NCBI GenBank assembly: GCA_951406725.2 | Contig: OX597815.1 | Location: 132,122,001-132,186,000 of the forward strand | Direction: 5' to 3' | Length of the DNA: 64,000 nucleotides | DNA from: Octopus vulgaris | Lineage: Eukaryota | Shown: positions 41,971-56,751 of the stretch, in pieces | How the letters are laid out: each line of letters begins with the position of its first letter | Position numbering within the stretch: the stretch's first letter is position 1 | Made by a program: the position numbers and the translations under genes | Notes under the pieces: generated by a model | Database searches by the model: none | Told to the model about the DNA's origin: nothing | What the model saw: only the letters and a program-made list of their open reading frames with translations

Positions 41971-44900
41971 TTACAACATATATAAATAATATTGAATGAA
42001 TGATCTGCTACCCCATTCTCTCAACAGCCCTATTGGTTCTGTGTTTTACCTTATACCTAATGGCAATAAATCTACTGTTCAAAGTCATTTACAGCCAGTT
42101 TATTACTTGTTTAATTGAAATCAAGACTACGTACTTCAGAGAATTTAGGGATACCTCATTTCGTTTTTCTATCGTGAAATGATGGTCAAGTTACTCGTTT
42201 CATTCTTTCCATTGTAAAACCATGTTAGCATAGAAATTCCTACATCTTTCTACCCAGGAGCTGAATGCAGTACTTCAACTAAAGAAACTCACACACAAAA
42301 AAAAAAGAAAACAGTCGTCAGTGTTAAAGTGCTACCACCATTTACAGCGAAAAAGATTGTTTCTATGTTTGCAGTACAATTTTTATAAACCTGTTTCATT
42401 TGATGGTGTGAAGTTTTTATGATGACTATATCATCGTAAAAGTGCATGCAAGTGATGTATATGTATTTGATTGGTAATATATAAGTTTAATGTGAGATTG
42501 CACGAGTCAAGTTGCATAATTCGAAAGAAAAATGCACTTAAATTATTTTAATCCTTATTTTTATGCACTTCAGTTCAAAGGCTGTGGCCATGCTGGAGCA
42601 GCACCATTGTTAAACAGAGTATTACTATACACGCTAGATGACATCGCAGGTAGCTCTCCTTGGAAGGGAAACGGCATACAAATCTATGAGCACTACAACG
42701 AAACAGTTATTTATTTTAAATCGTTACTTCTAGGAAGATATCCGAAATGAGACGTAACTGCACTGGTATTGATATGGAATGATGGTTGCGATGAATAATA
42801 AGAGATCATGTTAATAAACATTATAGATAAATTTGAGTGAATGAAATTTTGTTCTACGCCATGTAAATACTATGTTCAAGATGAGTGAAACATGTACTGC
42901 TGTAATACTATAGTGGTTGCTAGTAGCTAGATGGTAGACTATATGATTCTTTGTTGTACACTATGATTGTAGAAATCGTTTTTAAAGCTGAATTAAAGAT
43001 GGAAAGAGATTGTATAACTGGATTCTGAAAGAAACGTTTTACATGGAAGTAAATAATGATGGCAGTGTCTTGCATGCTCGTTTCAAGTGAAAGTTGTACA
43101 AAAATTGATAGTTGGCAGAGATTTGTCTAAAGTTATGCCTATATTGTACAGAATAACGTTTGGTGTAACATTTTAAAGTAGCGTGACAGAACCCATGGAG
43201 TCTGAATGTAATAGTTGGGGTGTCAGGTCTAAGTGTTTATGCCTTATATATTTGAAATGTTTTTCTTTAGATTTAGGGGAAAATATGGTATTCTTGAATT
43301 GTATAGGTGGTTCTGAGAGTATTGGGTTCTCGTGTAGGGTGAGTATTTCCTATCGTGTATATACTGAGATTTTTAAAGATCATTTTGAAAGTGGGTATAT
43401 AAATAAACGCATTTTGGTACCGAGAGGAGAAGGTAAGCTAAGACTAAAGATTTTCCTGTGATATAACGTGCAACTAAAAGTAACAATTAAAGAAGAATGA
43501 AGTATCTGTGTCGTATATAGATTTACAATAAATAACAGATGAGGGAAAGAAATACAAACTGCACTATCCTATTGTAAAGCTTAATTTGAAACTTATAGAA
43601 TGAAATTCTATTAAAAGTGGTGTTGAAAGTAGTGCAAAAAGAATATTTTTGTTGTATACAATGATTCTGGAAGAGTGATTAATGTAGTGTATATCGATGT
43701 AATGTAAACTGTTTCCCGACAGTGGCGGTGGATGTGGAATGAATACAATTATTCCTGTATACTGTGATACAGGAATACTGTAGCAGTCACAACTGTAAAT
43801 GAAGGAGAGTTTGTATGAAAGATCGAGCTGAGGTTGAATTAAAGTTGTATTTTTGCTGTATATAATGCCGAAATTAGCTGAGATGAAGGAAAGAAATTGT
43901 TCCTACATTATTTAATATGATAGCATAATGAAAACAGGAAATGATATTCTAAGATGGAATACGGGGAAGTGCATTCAGCTATAACTGTTTCTGAGTTCTT
44001 TGCTGCCGTTCTAAACATTGTAGTTTAGGTAGAGTGACAGAAAACCGTTCTTACCCTGAAAACTCTGCTTGTTAAGGTTGGAGTTAAGTTGCAGTGGACT
44101 AAGTTATTTCAGTGTTGAATATCGTGACTGTAAAAGTAGTTGTAGTTAAGAAACGGTTTATCCGTGTGAATGACATGGAGTTACGTTGTTGCATGATTTG
44201 ATTCTGATTGTAGCAGTTATACTCGATTGAGGATTATAATCGTACTGTATGTAATGATTCTAAAAGTAACAGTTAGGTCGTATAGACGAAGCTTTTCTAA
44301 TGTCATATACAAACATTCGAACGTACTAGGATAGATCAATTGTGCCATTTTGTTTTGTGCAATGATTCTGAACGTACCGGCTAAGGTGAAGTAAAAGAGA
44401 ACATATACTGCTTTATAAAATTCTGAGTGATTATGCTAATTATAACTTTAGGTGGGTGACGAATGTGTTGCAAAAGCAGAGCCAAAGTGTAACAGTTAAA
44501 TACAATTAAAATGAATGATTTTGTGTTACTGGTAAATGTACACAGCGCTTTATTGTGAAGAGACAGTGAGTGCTCTAATCTTGTAAACCATAACTATGAA
44601 ATCTAGGTGAGGTTAAAATATGTTCTTAGGCTCTATGTATGACTGACAATAATTGGCTTATATAAAGTAGAAGATTATCTTTGCTATAAATTATGCTTTA
44701 AAAATTAATTAAGCAGTTATATCTTGTCAATATAAGTCTAGCGAGTTAAATTTAGTAATGTTGTAAAATGTAGTTATGGGGAAGACATAGAAAGAGTTTG
44801 GCTCTTCTGTCTGGTAATTTGCTAAGTTACTGTTGGTGTAGAGTGAACCAGGTTTATTCTCAGTTTTGCAAAGAAATTCCGTAAGCTATTTACTGATGTA

Positions 44901-44971
44901 GTACATTGAGATTCTAATACAACTATTATGAAAGTAATTATGTCAGAAAGTCTGACATATGAACATATTTG

Positions 44972-45167
44972 CGAGGGGTGCTGAAACGTTCCTGGCTTTG
45001 GGTTGAAGAAAATACAGGAAGATCAGTTAAGGTTTTACTCAGATTCATTCACTTATTGCGGCGGTCCTTCCGTTTTCCTAAGCCTTGTAAAAGAACTCAG
45101 AGAGTTAGGCCTCCAGCCAGGCCTTTCACGACATCCTTAAAGCCAAGAACTTTTCAGCACGCCTCCG
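44972..45167. mobile_element. Mariner-type MITE
   Basis: TIRs CGAGGGGTGCTGAAACGTTCCTGGCTTT / AAAGCCAAGAACTTTTCAGCACGCCTCCG, followed by TA. Confidence 0.75.
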
Positions 45168-45416
45168 TATATATGTATATATATGTATATATATATATAT
45201 ATGTATATATATATGTATATATATATATATAAGAAAACAAAAATGGATAAGTACTGATTAACAACAATTGATTTACATCAATAATTATTTATTAATCCAA
45301 TGCAAATAAACTGCAGCCCATCTAACAGGTGTTTCTGCTTCAAATGTTATATGGTATTGCCACTGATATTCAAAATATGTAAAAATTATTAATCATATTT
45401 GTTAATAAGACTGATG

Positions 45417-45475
<59 letters not shown>

Positions 45476-46029
45476 TAATAGTTGCTAATATGCCGTAGTC
45501 TCCTTTAGAGAGACTTAGAAATTTTAATATTTCTATTTTGGAAAACTAGTGGATGTATTCCATTGAATTTAGGTAAATAATCTTTCAAACAGGCAGTCAG
45601 TAGCAACGCCTGCTGGGTTCGGCTGCTCTACATTGATAAGGGGCAAATACCCTGAATCTAGTCTGCAGATGCTTGACCAGCAAGGGGAAGCGGCTGACCT
45701 CCCTGTTCAAAGGTTATAATGGACACAGGTTCGTGTGTCACATAGCTAGCTAGAAGCGATGGCCTCTTGGTGCTAACCAACGGCAGAATTCGTCCTATAT
45801 TTCTGGGCTGCCATATTAGCTTGGCAATAACTATTAATATCCAGTACGTTGTGTAGCGAGAGTTAGTGTTGTTATGAATTACCATGAAGTGCTCGATCAC
45901 TCTTTATAGTGATTCTGAAAGTAGTGGTTTTAGGCGAAGAAAAACAATATTTGTGATTATGACCTTACAAGTAGATGGTCGAGAGTGAACTAGAGGCTTC
46001 TCATTCTTTCTCAAAGTGAAAACGGTTTC

Positions 46030-46165
46030 AAACTTTGGTACAGAGCCAGTACTTTTTGAAGGGAGAGGAAGCCGATTACATTGACCCTAGTGTTTGACAA
46101 TTAATTATTTTATCGACCTGGGAAGGATGAAAAGCATAATCCGCCTCGGCGAAATTTGAACTCAG
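46030..46165 (-). mobile_element. SINE family A fragment
   Basis: TTTATCGACC.GG.AAGGATGAAA.GC...CCTCGGCGAAATTTGAACTCAG. Confidence 0.7.
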
Positions 46166-47106
46166 CACAATGTCTTCCACAAAGTGATAATGAAAGTAGC
46201 TGTAAAGGGTTAATACAATGAACTCCCAGTGCTGCATAGGGCGGTTCTAAAATAGACTATAAAACTGAAAGAAAGTATTACGGTCTTGTATACGGTGATT
46301 TTTGCACGCAACGTATACGATGGAGTGAAAGCTATTCATATGCTGTACATCGTAATAGAGAAAGCAGTGGTTGAGATGGAGCGAGAGAGTAAATAGTATC
46401 GCAGAGAAAATAACAGAGAATTTAGAGCGAGTATTCCCTATCTTACATCTAGCGATTGTAAATGTCGAAATAACGTGTGTTTGTGCTGAATTATAAGAAT
46501 AGTGTTTTAGGGGAAATGAATTTTTTTCATAGTGAATATAATAGATAACGGGGAAAAGAAATAAGTTGCGTTCGTTGTTTTTGACGTGACAGAGAAAATT
46601 GTCACGTGAGAGAATGCCTGTGATTCATACAGTGATACTACTAGTAGCACTAAAGTGGAGCGGAAGGATTTTCTGCCCTGAATACTGGCGTTCTGAAAAT
46701 AGCGGTTGAGGAAACCTCATTTCTGTGCTGTATATAATGAATCTAAATGGAAAAAGAGTGAGAAATGGAGAGAGAGAGAGAACGTGAAATTGAGAGAGAT
46801 GTGTTTGTATGTAGTATACTGGGATTGTGAAAGAGACAGTTCTGATCGATTGACTGGCGGTTTTACTGTGTCGTATACCGCGATTGTGATAGTTGCTGTT
46901 CAGTTAGAGCTAAAGGCATTCCTCTCCTATATATTGTCACAATTAAAATTGTATTTAAAGTGGAGTGGACGGAGAGACAGGTCTAACGTGGAGTGAACGT
47001 GAATAGCAGTTAAGTTGTAGAGATCGTTAGTGGCGGTTGAATTGGAGTGAATGTGGTTAGCGGTTCAAGTCGCATGATGGTAGGCGTAACCAATCATGTA
47101 TACAGA

Positions 47107-47291
47107 TATTCTTTTCTACTCTAGGCACAAGGCCCGAAATTTTTTTTTTTTTTTTGGGGGGGTCCAATCGATTAGATGCCGCCTCCCCCAGTACTTAATT
47201 TAACGACCCCGAAAGGATGAAAGGCGGAATTTAAACTCAGAACCGCTAAGTATTTCGCCTGACGTACTAACGTTTCTGCCAGCTTGCTGCC
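47107..47291 (-). mobile_element. SINE family A with internal deletions
   Basis: Both termini match the family. Confidence 0.8.
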
Positions 47292-47825
47292 TTATAATGT
47301 GTAGAGATATTATAAAGGCAGCGGCTAAGATGGCATACGGGCACTTCAACATGTATTGCACACACATATTCTCTAAGTAGCAGTCAAATTGAGGAAAATT
47401 GAGCGAACTTAATACATACGTATTAACCAGATATGATATGTTACTATGTTGTATTAACAAGGATTTTGAAAATTGCATTTAAGCTCCAGTAAAATGGTGC
47501 TCACGTTCTGTCTACCGGATTTACGTTCATATAAATGACGAATATAAAGATAGTAGTTGAAAGGCAAGGCAGAAAATTTCCAGAGTTTTGGTAGTTCTAA
47601 TTGTAACAGCTCTAGTTTGTTATGGTGTTGACAGATGAACATATTCACATGTACTCCTCCTTGTCGACTCCAATTATTTTGAGTTAAATATTCACACACG
47701 ACAGATGGTCAAACGCAAACCTGTACGTATAATACTACTACTAAATAGCACAGGGTGAAATCTGAAGGTGGACGAGTTTTATACTGTACTCCTCTACTCT
47801 ACTGCGATCTTAACAGAATATAATC

Positions 47826-47883
<58 letters not shown>

Positions 47884-47925
47884 TGCATGTGTGTGCGCGC
47901 GCGCGTGTGTGTGTGTGTATGTATA

Positions 47926-47988
47926 TATCCTTAAATCCTTAAAATGTTTTAGCCCTAAGGCCGCGGCCATGCTAGGGCACCACCGCTG
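47926..47988 (-). mobile_element. ~63-bp 3' tip of the CR1 family seen at 1947-3005
   Basis: Reverse complement of TCAGCGGTGGTGCCC.AGCATGGCCGCGGCC...AAGGATTTAAGGAT, inside TA repeats. Confidence 0.85.
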
Positions 47989-48026
47989 ATATATATATAT
48001 ATATGTGTGTGTGAGTGTGTGTGTAT

Positions 48027-48096
<70 letters not shown>

Positions 48097-49678
48097 GTTG
48101 TGTGTGTGTGTGTATAGAGATAGATAGATAGATAGATAGTTGGAATTTACAAAAACAAACAAGCAAAACAAAAGACGAAGACGGGTGTGTATGCAAGAAG
48201 CAGATATATTAGTTTAACTCTCAGGAAGGGAGAAAGTCTTTTACATTTCGACCCTACGCTCTTCAACAGAAAGAAACACAGAAGTAGTACGGAGTATGGG
48301 TAGGATGTTTGAAGCAGAGTGGAGAGTGGGGTGGAAATTGAGGCGGAAACAGAGTAAGAAAAAACAGACTAAGAAAAAACGACAATAGGAAAACGTAGAA
48401 AGTACAAAAAGAGTTCAGAATACTTCAAAAGGTTCAAACGTCTTAGTGTTTTGGAGCGATTTGTATATGTGTGTATGTGTGTCTGTGTCTGTGTGCGTGT
48501 GTGTGTGTGTGTGTCTGTGTGTCTGTGTCTGTGTGCGTATTTGATTGTGTATGTATATATATGTACAGGGTGGCCCCAAAGTAGGTTTACAGTTATCATG
48601 TAGGCACTCTAAATTTCTATGTTACAATTAACTAAATTAACATAGAATAATGGTTTCATTTTTTTTTATAATTAAGAGGTCATTGTGCATCTGTTTATCT
48701 GTGAAATAGTAATTAGTAATTATACGGAAGTGAGAGAAATTGTTCCTCTTTTGTATAGAGTCACGCTGAAAATATCAATGAAGGTGATTCTGCAATATAC
48801 ATAGAAATGTAACGTAAAAGGCCTCTACTTCTGTTGTAACTTGTCATCCGAAAATACTGTATAAGGTGGAGTGGGGTAAAGTTTTACTGTGATATACAAA
48901 GTAGCGATGAAGTTAATATGAACGAATGGTATTCATGCGTTGCATGCTGTCATACTGGATGTAACTGTTGTGCTGAAGGAGAGTTTCTTGTGACGTACAC
49001 AGTTTCACTATAACCATTTTTTAAAAATAATGTGAGCGATGTCACACTTTCTTTGTATACAGTAATTATGCAAGTAGCAGTTACGATGGAGTAAATGAAC
49101 TTTTTTTTTTTCTGCAACATGTCGTGATCTTGAAATGAGATGCTTAAAGGAGATTATTAGGCCTACCAGTAGTATACAACATGAATCTGAAAATATCGAT
49201 TGAAATGCAGTTAATGTTGAGCTGAAGGGAAACAAACTATCTTTGTGTTGTAACGGCGATGGTGTCTTAACGGTTGAAAAAGTGAAAAAGAAAGAATTTC
49301 CGTTTTATATATATACAACAATAGCAAGTACAGTAGCAGGTTTTATTATGCTACCTTATACTAAATGCTTACGATGAAATAAGTGTCATTGTTTTGAATC
49401 CAGGGATACTGAGTGTAACAGCAAATGCGGCGAGGAAATAACGTGTATATGGGATGTATATGTTGCACTGAGAAGAATGGTTGAGGGGGTCTCCTATCAA
49501 GTGTACCATTCATATGAAAGTAGCATTTAAGGTGGAGTGAAGAGTGTTTCTATGGAGCATACTGTACAAGTTAAGATGTAGATGGAGTGAACGGTATAAT
49601 GTTACGGTATGTTGCAGTGGAAGTCGCAGTACAGTTGAAATGAGTGTTATTCCTATGCTGTATACCATGATCATGAAC

Positions 49679-49923
49679 GTAAAATTTAGTCTAGAATGAA
49701 TGAAGAAAAGTAGCGGTTGTGGAACAGTAACCATTGACTACATTGTGTTGTATACAATGGTTTGAAACAATACTTATGTAGAAAGCGACTCTGAAAATAG
49801 TAAAATTTAGTCTAGAATGAATGAAGAAAAGTAGCGGTTGTGGAACAGTAACCATTGACTACATTGTGTTGTATACAATGGTTTGAAACAATACTTATGT
49901 AGAAAGCGACTCTGAAAATAGTA
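49679..49923 (+). repeat. Perfect 121-bp tandem duplication
   Basis: 49679-49799 equals 49800-49920. Confidence 0.95.
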
Positions 49924-52472
49924 GTTGAAAGGCGGTAAAGAATTTGAAATGTAACTGTTACCGCAGAATTTTAAGTATAACTGTTACTGCATCCTACAAA
50001 ACGTAACAGTTATTTGGAGAGCGAGTTCCTGTCTTGTATATTATGATCCTAATGTAGCTGTCTAGTTGTTGTGTTGTACTAATGAAAGCAGCGTTTGATA
50101 TGAAATAAGAAGTCTCACAGCGTTGTACACTGAGAAACAGCTTATAAACTTTAAGTGGGCACGAAAACATGTTTGTGTGAAGTATAACGGAAATGTGGAA
50201 GTAACGGCTAAAGCAGATAGAAAAGTTTTATTGAGATGTACAAGGTGATAATGAAATTAGCAGTTAAACTGAAGTGATGTGTTTCAAATGTAGCATTGGA
50301 AGTAACAGTTGAGGTGGAGATACAGAATGAGATCTTGACATGTACACTGTGATACTATATGTAGCAAGTAACACAGAGTGACAGGTGGTTCTCTGTGGGA
50401 TATTCAAATTTTGGCAGTCATAGTTGATGGAGGGTAAATAAAAGTGTTTCTATAACGTATATAGGGATCGTGAAATTAGAAATAACGATTGATTGGTTGA
50501 TTGTATTGATATGCTGTTCATAGAGTTTGTGGAAGTTGCTTTCTGTGGAGTGAATGGGATTAACTTGCTGTATAAAATAATGCGAAATGAAGAAGGTAAG
50601 CATCCATGAAAAGGCCGTTCTTGTGTTGTATAATATTATGCTAAATACAAGAATTTAAAGGAGAGAAAGAGAGACGTCTTTTTCGTTGTATATAGGAATC
50701 ATATATGCAATGGTAAAGATAGAATAAAAGAATATGTTTTGAGCAGTATAGTTGCATTAGATGAGAAAAGAAAATGAGTAGGACTACGTTCTCGGTAATG
50801 TATGAGGGTTTGTTCCGTAATATACACGAGGATTCAGTTAAAATGTCGTTGAGATGGAGTTCTACTATTGCACAGCATTATTTTAAGAGTAGTAGCCAAG
50901 CTGGAGTAAGAGAAGGTCTTTTTGAGAGCCTAAATGTAATTATTAAGCTGGAGTGATAGGATGTTTTTCTGTGGTTTCTAAAAGCACTCGTTAAACTAGA
51001 ATCTAGGCATGTCTATTCTTCAACTTTATCATAAAAGCGGTGCTTAAAATGAAACGAGAAATTTCTGCGTTGTACAATGAGGTATAGATTATAATATTTC
51101 AGGTGAAAATTAAATAAATTGATCGCGTGATGGAAAGAAGTGGTTATAGTGACATAAGACCTTTTAATGTGTTGTATATTATTCTCCCAAAAGTAGTTAC
51201 TGCGGTGTAATCTGAGTATGTGATTTGTTGATGTACATTGTGAGTAGAGGTGAAAGTCGACTGAAATAGTTTGTTGTTTTTATGTGGTTACCGGGTGATA
51301 GAACAGTGGCAATTTAGATGAAGTAAATGATTTTTGTCATAAATAGCAATTTTAAATGTATTTTGAGTGGGAAGATAAAATGCTTGCTATTTTGCTATAT
51401 TATAATTAGCGAATGTTAATAAGTAATTACCCTCGCTTCTTTTTGCTATAAACTGTTATATTGAATATAAAAATATGATTTATGACAAAAGCCTATTTTG
51501 GTTCACGTGATTCTAATAATAACGGATTATGTTGGGTGAAATGTTTTACTGTGCTGTATAGGTTGAAATCTGAAAGTAGCAGTAGAAATGTAGTGAATTG
51601 TATATTCTGATAGTGAAAGTAGCAGTTAAGATGGAGTGTGAGAAGGTATTGCTGAACTGAATATAGTGATAACCAAAGTAGTGGTTATGGTGGAGTGTAG
51701 GAACGAGTTCTGTGTTCTTTATATTGGTAGTGAAGGTAGCAGATAAGTTGGAGAATGAGAAAACATTACGGTGTTGTATACGATGATACTGAAACCCATA
51801 GCACGGGTGGAGTGCAGAAATAGTCACCATGTTGCATTTAGTAGAACTTCAAAGCGGTATTTAAGTTGGAGTGTAAGAGAGTATTCCTGATTTGAAACAG
51901 AAGGTAGCAGTTAATGTGGAATGTAAGAGGGTATTATGTTGTGTATTTGTTAAAACTAAAAGTAATGGTTAGGATGGAGTATAAGGAAGTGTTACTGTTT
52001 TGTTTATAGTAATACTTAATGTAACGATGGAGCTGGATCTAATTAACATGCTTACGTAGATCCTAAATGTAGTAGTTCAAGGAGAATGAAGACACGTACC
52101 AGTCATTAAGGTCAAGCTAGAAATGTTTCACAAAGGTAGTAATTAAGATATTACTAGTGAAGATGCAATTGATGTTTCTGTGATTTATAACGTAACTCTG
52201 AAAGTAGCATGTGTGGTAACGCATTTCATTGCATGTGAACTTTTCCTTAACTCCGTATTATGATACCCAAATTAGCGTTTAGAGTGGAGTGAGAAGAGTT
52301 TCTATGTTGTACGCTGACTGTAGCTATTGTAATAGAGGCAATATCACTGCCCCTATGTTGTATCCTGTGAATCTAAATTATAGTAAAATACTGTGGTATA
52401 AGGTGGTTATGATTGTAACAGTTTAGTCGCAGTGTACAATTTCCGTTTTGTACAGTGATTCTAAATAGAATA

Positions 52473-52696
52473 TAGTAATCCCCCGACCATCGCCGATGTT
52501 ACGTTCCAGAACCCCCAACAATAGGTAAAAATACACGAAGTAGAAACAGTACTGTACTACATATATTTTTTAAAGTATTTTTAGAATTTGTATAAATTTA
52601 TTTTATTGTAAATGCAAAACAACACCACGGAGGAATCGACGTAAGCTTAAATAATAAACCGCGATAGGTGAACCGTGTTATGGCGAGGGATTGTTG
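52473..52696. mobile_element. Tigger/pogo-type MITE
   Basis: TA|TAGTAATCCCCCGACCATCGC ... CCGCGATAGGTGAACCGTGTTATGGCGAGGGATTGTTG; decayed TIRs. Confidence 0.65.
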
Positions 52697-53302
52697 TGCT
52701 CAAATTTAAAGAAAAATTGTTTGTTGTAGCGTATTATAAGGATAGAGATTCGTATAAAATAAAACATGTCTCTGGATTTTAAATTATGTTATCGAATAGA
52801 AAATAAATATCGTATCTGAAATAATGCGCGCTTGTTGAATATAACGTGATGCTGAAAATATTTTATTAGTGAGCGTGAAAGACTTTCCTGAACGGTATAT
52901 CGTGTTGTTGAAAGTAGCAGTTGAGCTGCAGTGAGTTGTATACACTGACAGTGAAAGTAGCAGGTTCTGAATTCTATATAATGATATCGAAAGTAACATT
53001 TTTATTGTGACGCTTGCAATGGTAACGGAAGTGGCAGTTAAGATGGAGTATAAAGAAAATGCTACTGTATTGATACGGAAGATAGCAGTCATGTTGGAGT
53101 GTAATAAAGCAATACATCTCTTATATCCAATGATAATGAACATGGTAATGAAGTTGGGGGTATAAGAAATTGATAGTTTTGTTTACAGTGATTCTAAATG
53201 TAACGGAGAATTCGTTTTAATGAAAATGGTTACGATGATAACCTAAATACCTTAGTCTGAGCAGAATGAAGACGTGTGTCTTTTAATATAGAATATATTT
53301 AA

Positions 53303-53519
53303 GGCGGCGAGCTGGCAGAAATGCTAGCACGCCGAGCGAAAAACTTAACGGTATTTCGTCTGTCTTTACGTTCTAAGTTCAAATTCCGCCGAGCTCGACT
53401 TTGCCTTTCATCCTTTCGGGGAAGATAAATTAATTACCAGTTCTGTACGGGGGGTCGATCTAATCAACTGGCCCCCTCCATAAAAATTTCGGGCCTTGTG
53501 CCTAGAGTAGAAAAGAATA
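53303..53519 (+). mobile_element. SINE family A, full length (tRNA-derived)
   Basis: A-box-like TGGCAGAAATG, B-box-like GTTCAAATTCC; flanking AATATAGAATA(T/C)ATTT direct repeat consistent with a TSD. Confidence 0.9.
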
Positions 53520-56314
53520 TAGAATACATTTTTCTTCTTTTTTAAGTTGGAGGAAGATATTGTCCTGTAGTGTACACTGAGTTAGTGACTGCAATATCTG
53601 AGGTGTGGGTGAAATAAAGAGTTTCATTGATGTACAACATGACACTGAAAGTAGCGGTTATTATGGCGTAAGAAATTTTCAATTCTGCATATTATGTACC
53701 AGAAATTAGTATTTAGATTGAAGAAAGAGAATTTGCTATGCCGTCCAACGACAGCAGTAACTGAGGTGGGTGTCGAGATTATGTGGGACCCTATATTGTC
53801 TCCTATAATTCTAAAGACAGCAGTTACGCTGGAGTGAATTAATATGTAGTTTGACACTCACTGATTATAGAACAGGCAGTTCAGTAGGAGTACACAGAGA
53901 ACATGGTTTATGTTTTGTAAATAATAATTCATAAAGCAGAACTGGAATAATATTCCTGTTTTTGAGGAGTATTATATGAATAGTATTTAATATGAAACAT
54001 ATGAAGTCTCTGTTTTGCAAACTGTGATATTGAACAGTAAAGAGAATATGTATTGAAATAATGTGCTCTTGTATTTTTTAACGTGTTTCGGAAAATATTG
54101 GAAAACAGAAAGGAAGAATTTCGTGTGTTGTAGACTGTTACTGAAAGTAGCAGCTGAGGTGTAGTGAGACATTTACATTTATACTGAAAGTAGCAGTTAG
54201 GAGGAAGGAAGGCGTTTTACGGTGATATATACTGTGCTCATGAGAGTAGCGGTTAATGTTTACTTATGCTGTATACTATGCTAATGAATGCTAATGTTTA
54301 GGTGGAGTGAGAGTTGCTTGTGAGTTCTATACAGCGATATTGAAAGTAGCAGTTCGGCTGGAGTGTGAGAAATCGTTATCCGCCGTTTGCAATGATAGCG
54401 TTGGTAGCAGTTAAGTTGGAGTGTAAGAAAGCATTCTTGTGCTACATTCGATATTGAAAGGAGAAAGTAAGGCGGAGTGCTGATAATCCTTACAGTGCTG
54501 CATGTAGCTATACGGAAAGTGGCGGATAAGGTGGAGTATAAGTAAGTGCTACTGTGCTGAGACAGAAGATAGCTGTTACGTTCCTGTATAAGAAAGCGTT
54601 ACTGTTGCGTATACGGTGATAATAAAAGTAGCAGTTAAGGTGGAGTGTAAGAAGATGCTACTGTTTTCTATACAGTGATTCTAAATGTAACGTTGGAGCT
54701 GGTTTTGTGAAAATGCTTATGTCAATTCTAAATGTAGTCCAGTTTGAATGAAGCCACATATTTTCTGGTACTGTATTATATATACCACCAGTGTTTGTCA
54801 AATATTAAACTGACGCGAGAGCTGTTCCTGTAGTGCACACTGAAATTCTGATTTTGATATTTTTCATAATCATGTGATGTGTAACACGATTCTGAAACTA
54901 TCGGTAAAGCGTCGCGTTTCGTGACATGAGGTCTTTCTTTAGCTTTATATTATGCTATCAACATTAATGATTGGAGTGTAGAGAGAAGCTGTGCTACACT
55001 TTACACCAAAAGTAACAATTGAGGTGGAGTCAAAGTATTTGGATCTGTTTTGTTTCCTTTGATTTTATAGGTAGCAGTGAAATTGGAGCGTGAAAGAGTT
55101 TTCTGTATTATATATGGTGTTACTGAAAGTAGCGATGGAAGTGTAGTGCGTTGTATACATGTATAGTGGAAGTGGCAGTTCGGGTGGAGTGAGAGGTGTT
55201 ACAGTGATATCTATTGCGCTAATGAAAGTAGCGGTTATCGTGGAGTGAGAGGTGTTACCTAGCTAAATATTGTTGAGTTTAAGGTGGTGTAAAGGCAGTT
55301 GCTAACGTATGCTCAGGATATTTAAAGTAGCAGTTGTTTGGAGTGTAAGAACGCATTATTCTATTACATAAATGAATTCTGCTTTACAGTGTTCTATAAA
55401 TTATATAATTTTCTGGGGATATAAGATGCGCCCGAGAAATTAGCGGTTAATGTGTCGTGAGAGATTTAGCTATGCTGTATACTGAGCTAATGATTATTGA
55501 GGTTTAAGTAAAATAGGATTTCATTCTGAATTTTATACAATGGTACTGAAAGAAACTGTTAATTTGATTGTTACTGTGTTGAATGCGACGATACTAAAAG
55601 TGGCAGTTATGGCGGAGAAAGAAAATGTGTAAATGTGTTGCAAAGAGTCAAAATAAATGTTGCAGTTAAGGTAGATTATTAGAGTGAGTTACCGTGTTGT
55701 GTACGATGATAGTAAATGTGACAAAGTTCGTTTCAGTGAAAATGACTATGTTGCTTCTAAATGCATTAGTCCATGTAACATGAAGTCATATGTGTTCTGG
55801 TGCATTCCTTACGTTCAAGTCAGAAATCTTCTTGTGCTGTTCACTGAGATAGCGATAATTATATTTCAGAAGAGGATAAAAAAAAGAAAATGTTTTTGTG
55901 ATGTATAGCGCGGCACTGAAAGTAGCGGTTATGATGACGTAAGAGATTTCCAGTTGCTCAATATTATACGCAAGAAGTTAGTGTTTAGATTAGAGAGAGG
56001 GGATTTGCTATGTTGTCCACCGAATGTAGTAACTGAGGTGAAGTTAATATATGTGGTTCTGTGCTGTATATCCTCTGGGTCTAAATGTAGCAGTTAAATT
56101 GGTGTTAAATAATATATTTTGTTTGTATAAGATAGTTTGTGATTACGATCGTAACAAATGAGTCAGTGTTCACTTTGTATCTTGTAAATAGTGATTCCAA
56201 ATGTAGTAGAATATTTGGAATAATATAATGTGTATTCTTGTGTTTAATTATAGGGATAGCGTTTAATGAGGATAAGATGTATCTTTTCTTATAACCTATA
56301 ATACCCATTTCAAA

Positions 56315-56492
56315 TTTTGGCACAAGCCCAGCAATTTCGGGAGCGGGGATAAGTCATTTATGCCAACCCCAGTGTTCAACTAGTACTTATTATATTGGCT
56401 CCGAAAGGATGAAAGCCAAAGTCGGCCTTGGTGGAATTTGAACTCCGAATGTAAAGACGGACGAAATGTCGCTAAGCATTTTCCCCGGCGTC
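56315..56492 (-). mobile_element. SINE family A, truncated
   Basis: CCGAAAGGATGAAAGCCAAAGTCGGCCTTGGTGGAATTTGAACTC. Confidence 0.8.
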
Positions 56493-56751
56493 ATAAACTG
56501 TTATATTGAATAGAAGATAAATGTTGTATCTGCAATGGAGCGTCCTAGTAATTTATAACATGATACCGGAAATATTTGATTAGGGAACGTGAAAGGTTTT
56601 CCTATGCTGTATACTGTATTATTGAAAGTAACAGTTGATAGTGGAAGTAGCAGAATCGGTGGAGTGAAACATTTTCTGATGGAGTGAAACATTACTGCGC
56701 TAATGAAAATGGCGGTTAGACTAGAGTGAGGGGTTTACTTATAGTCTATAC

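Noticed and set aside
45500-45900. GC-richer island with faint similarity to a DIRS tyrosine-recombinase C-terminus (AGVATDCLFER)
   Set aside because: Catalytic HSLR and RW motifs are not recoverable; needs a translated search.
51550-55350. CRISPR-like repeat-spacer appearance
   Set aside because: Eukaryotic context, degenerate repeats, inter-core segments are homologous to each other, no cas genes.
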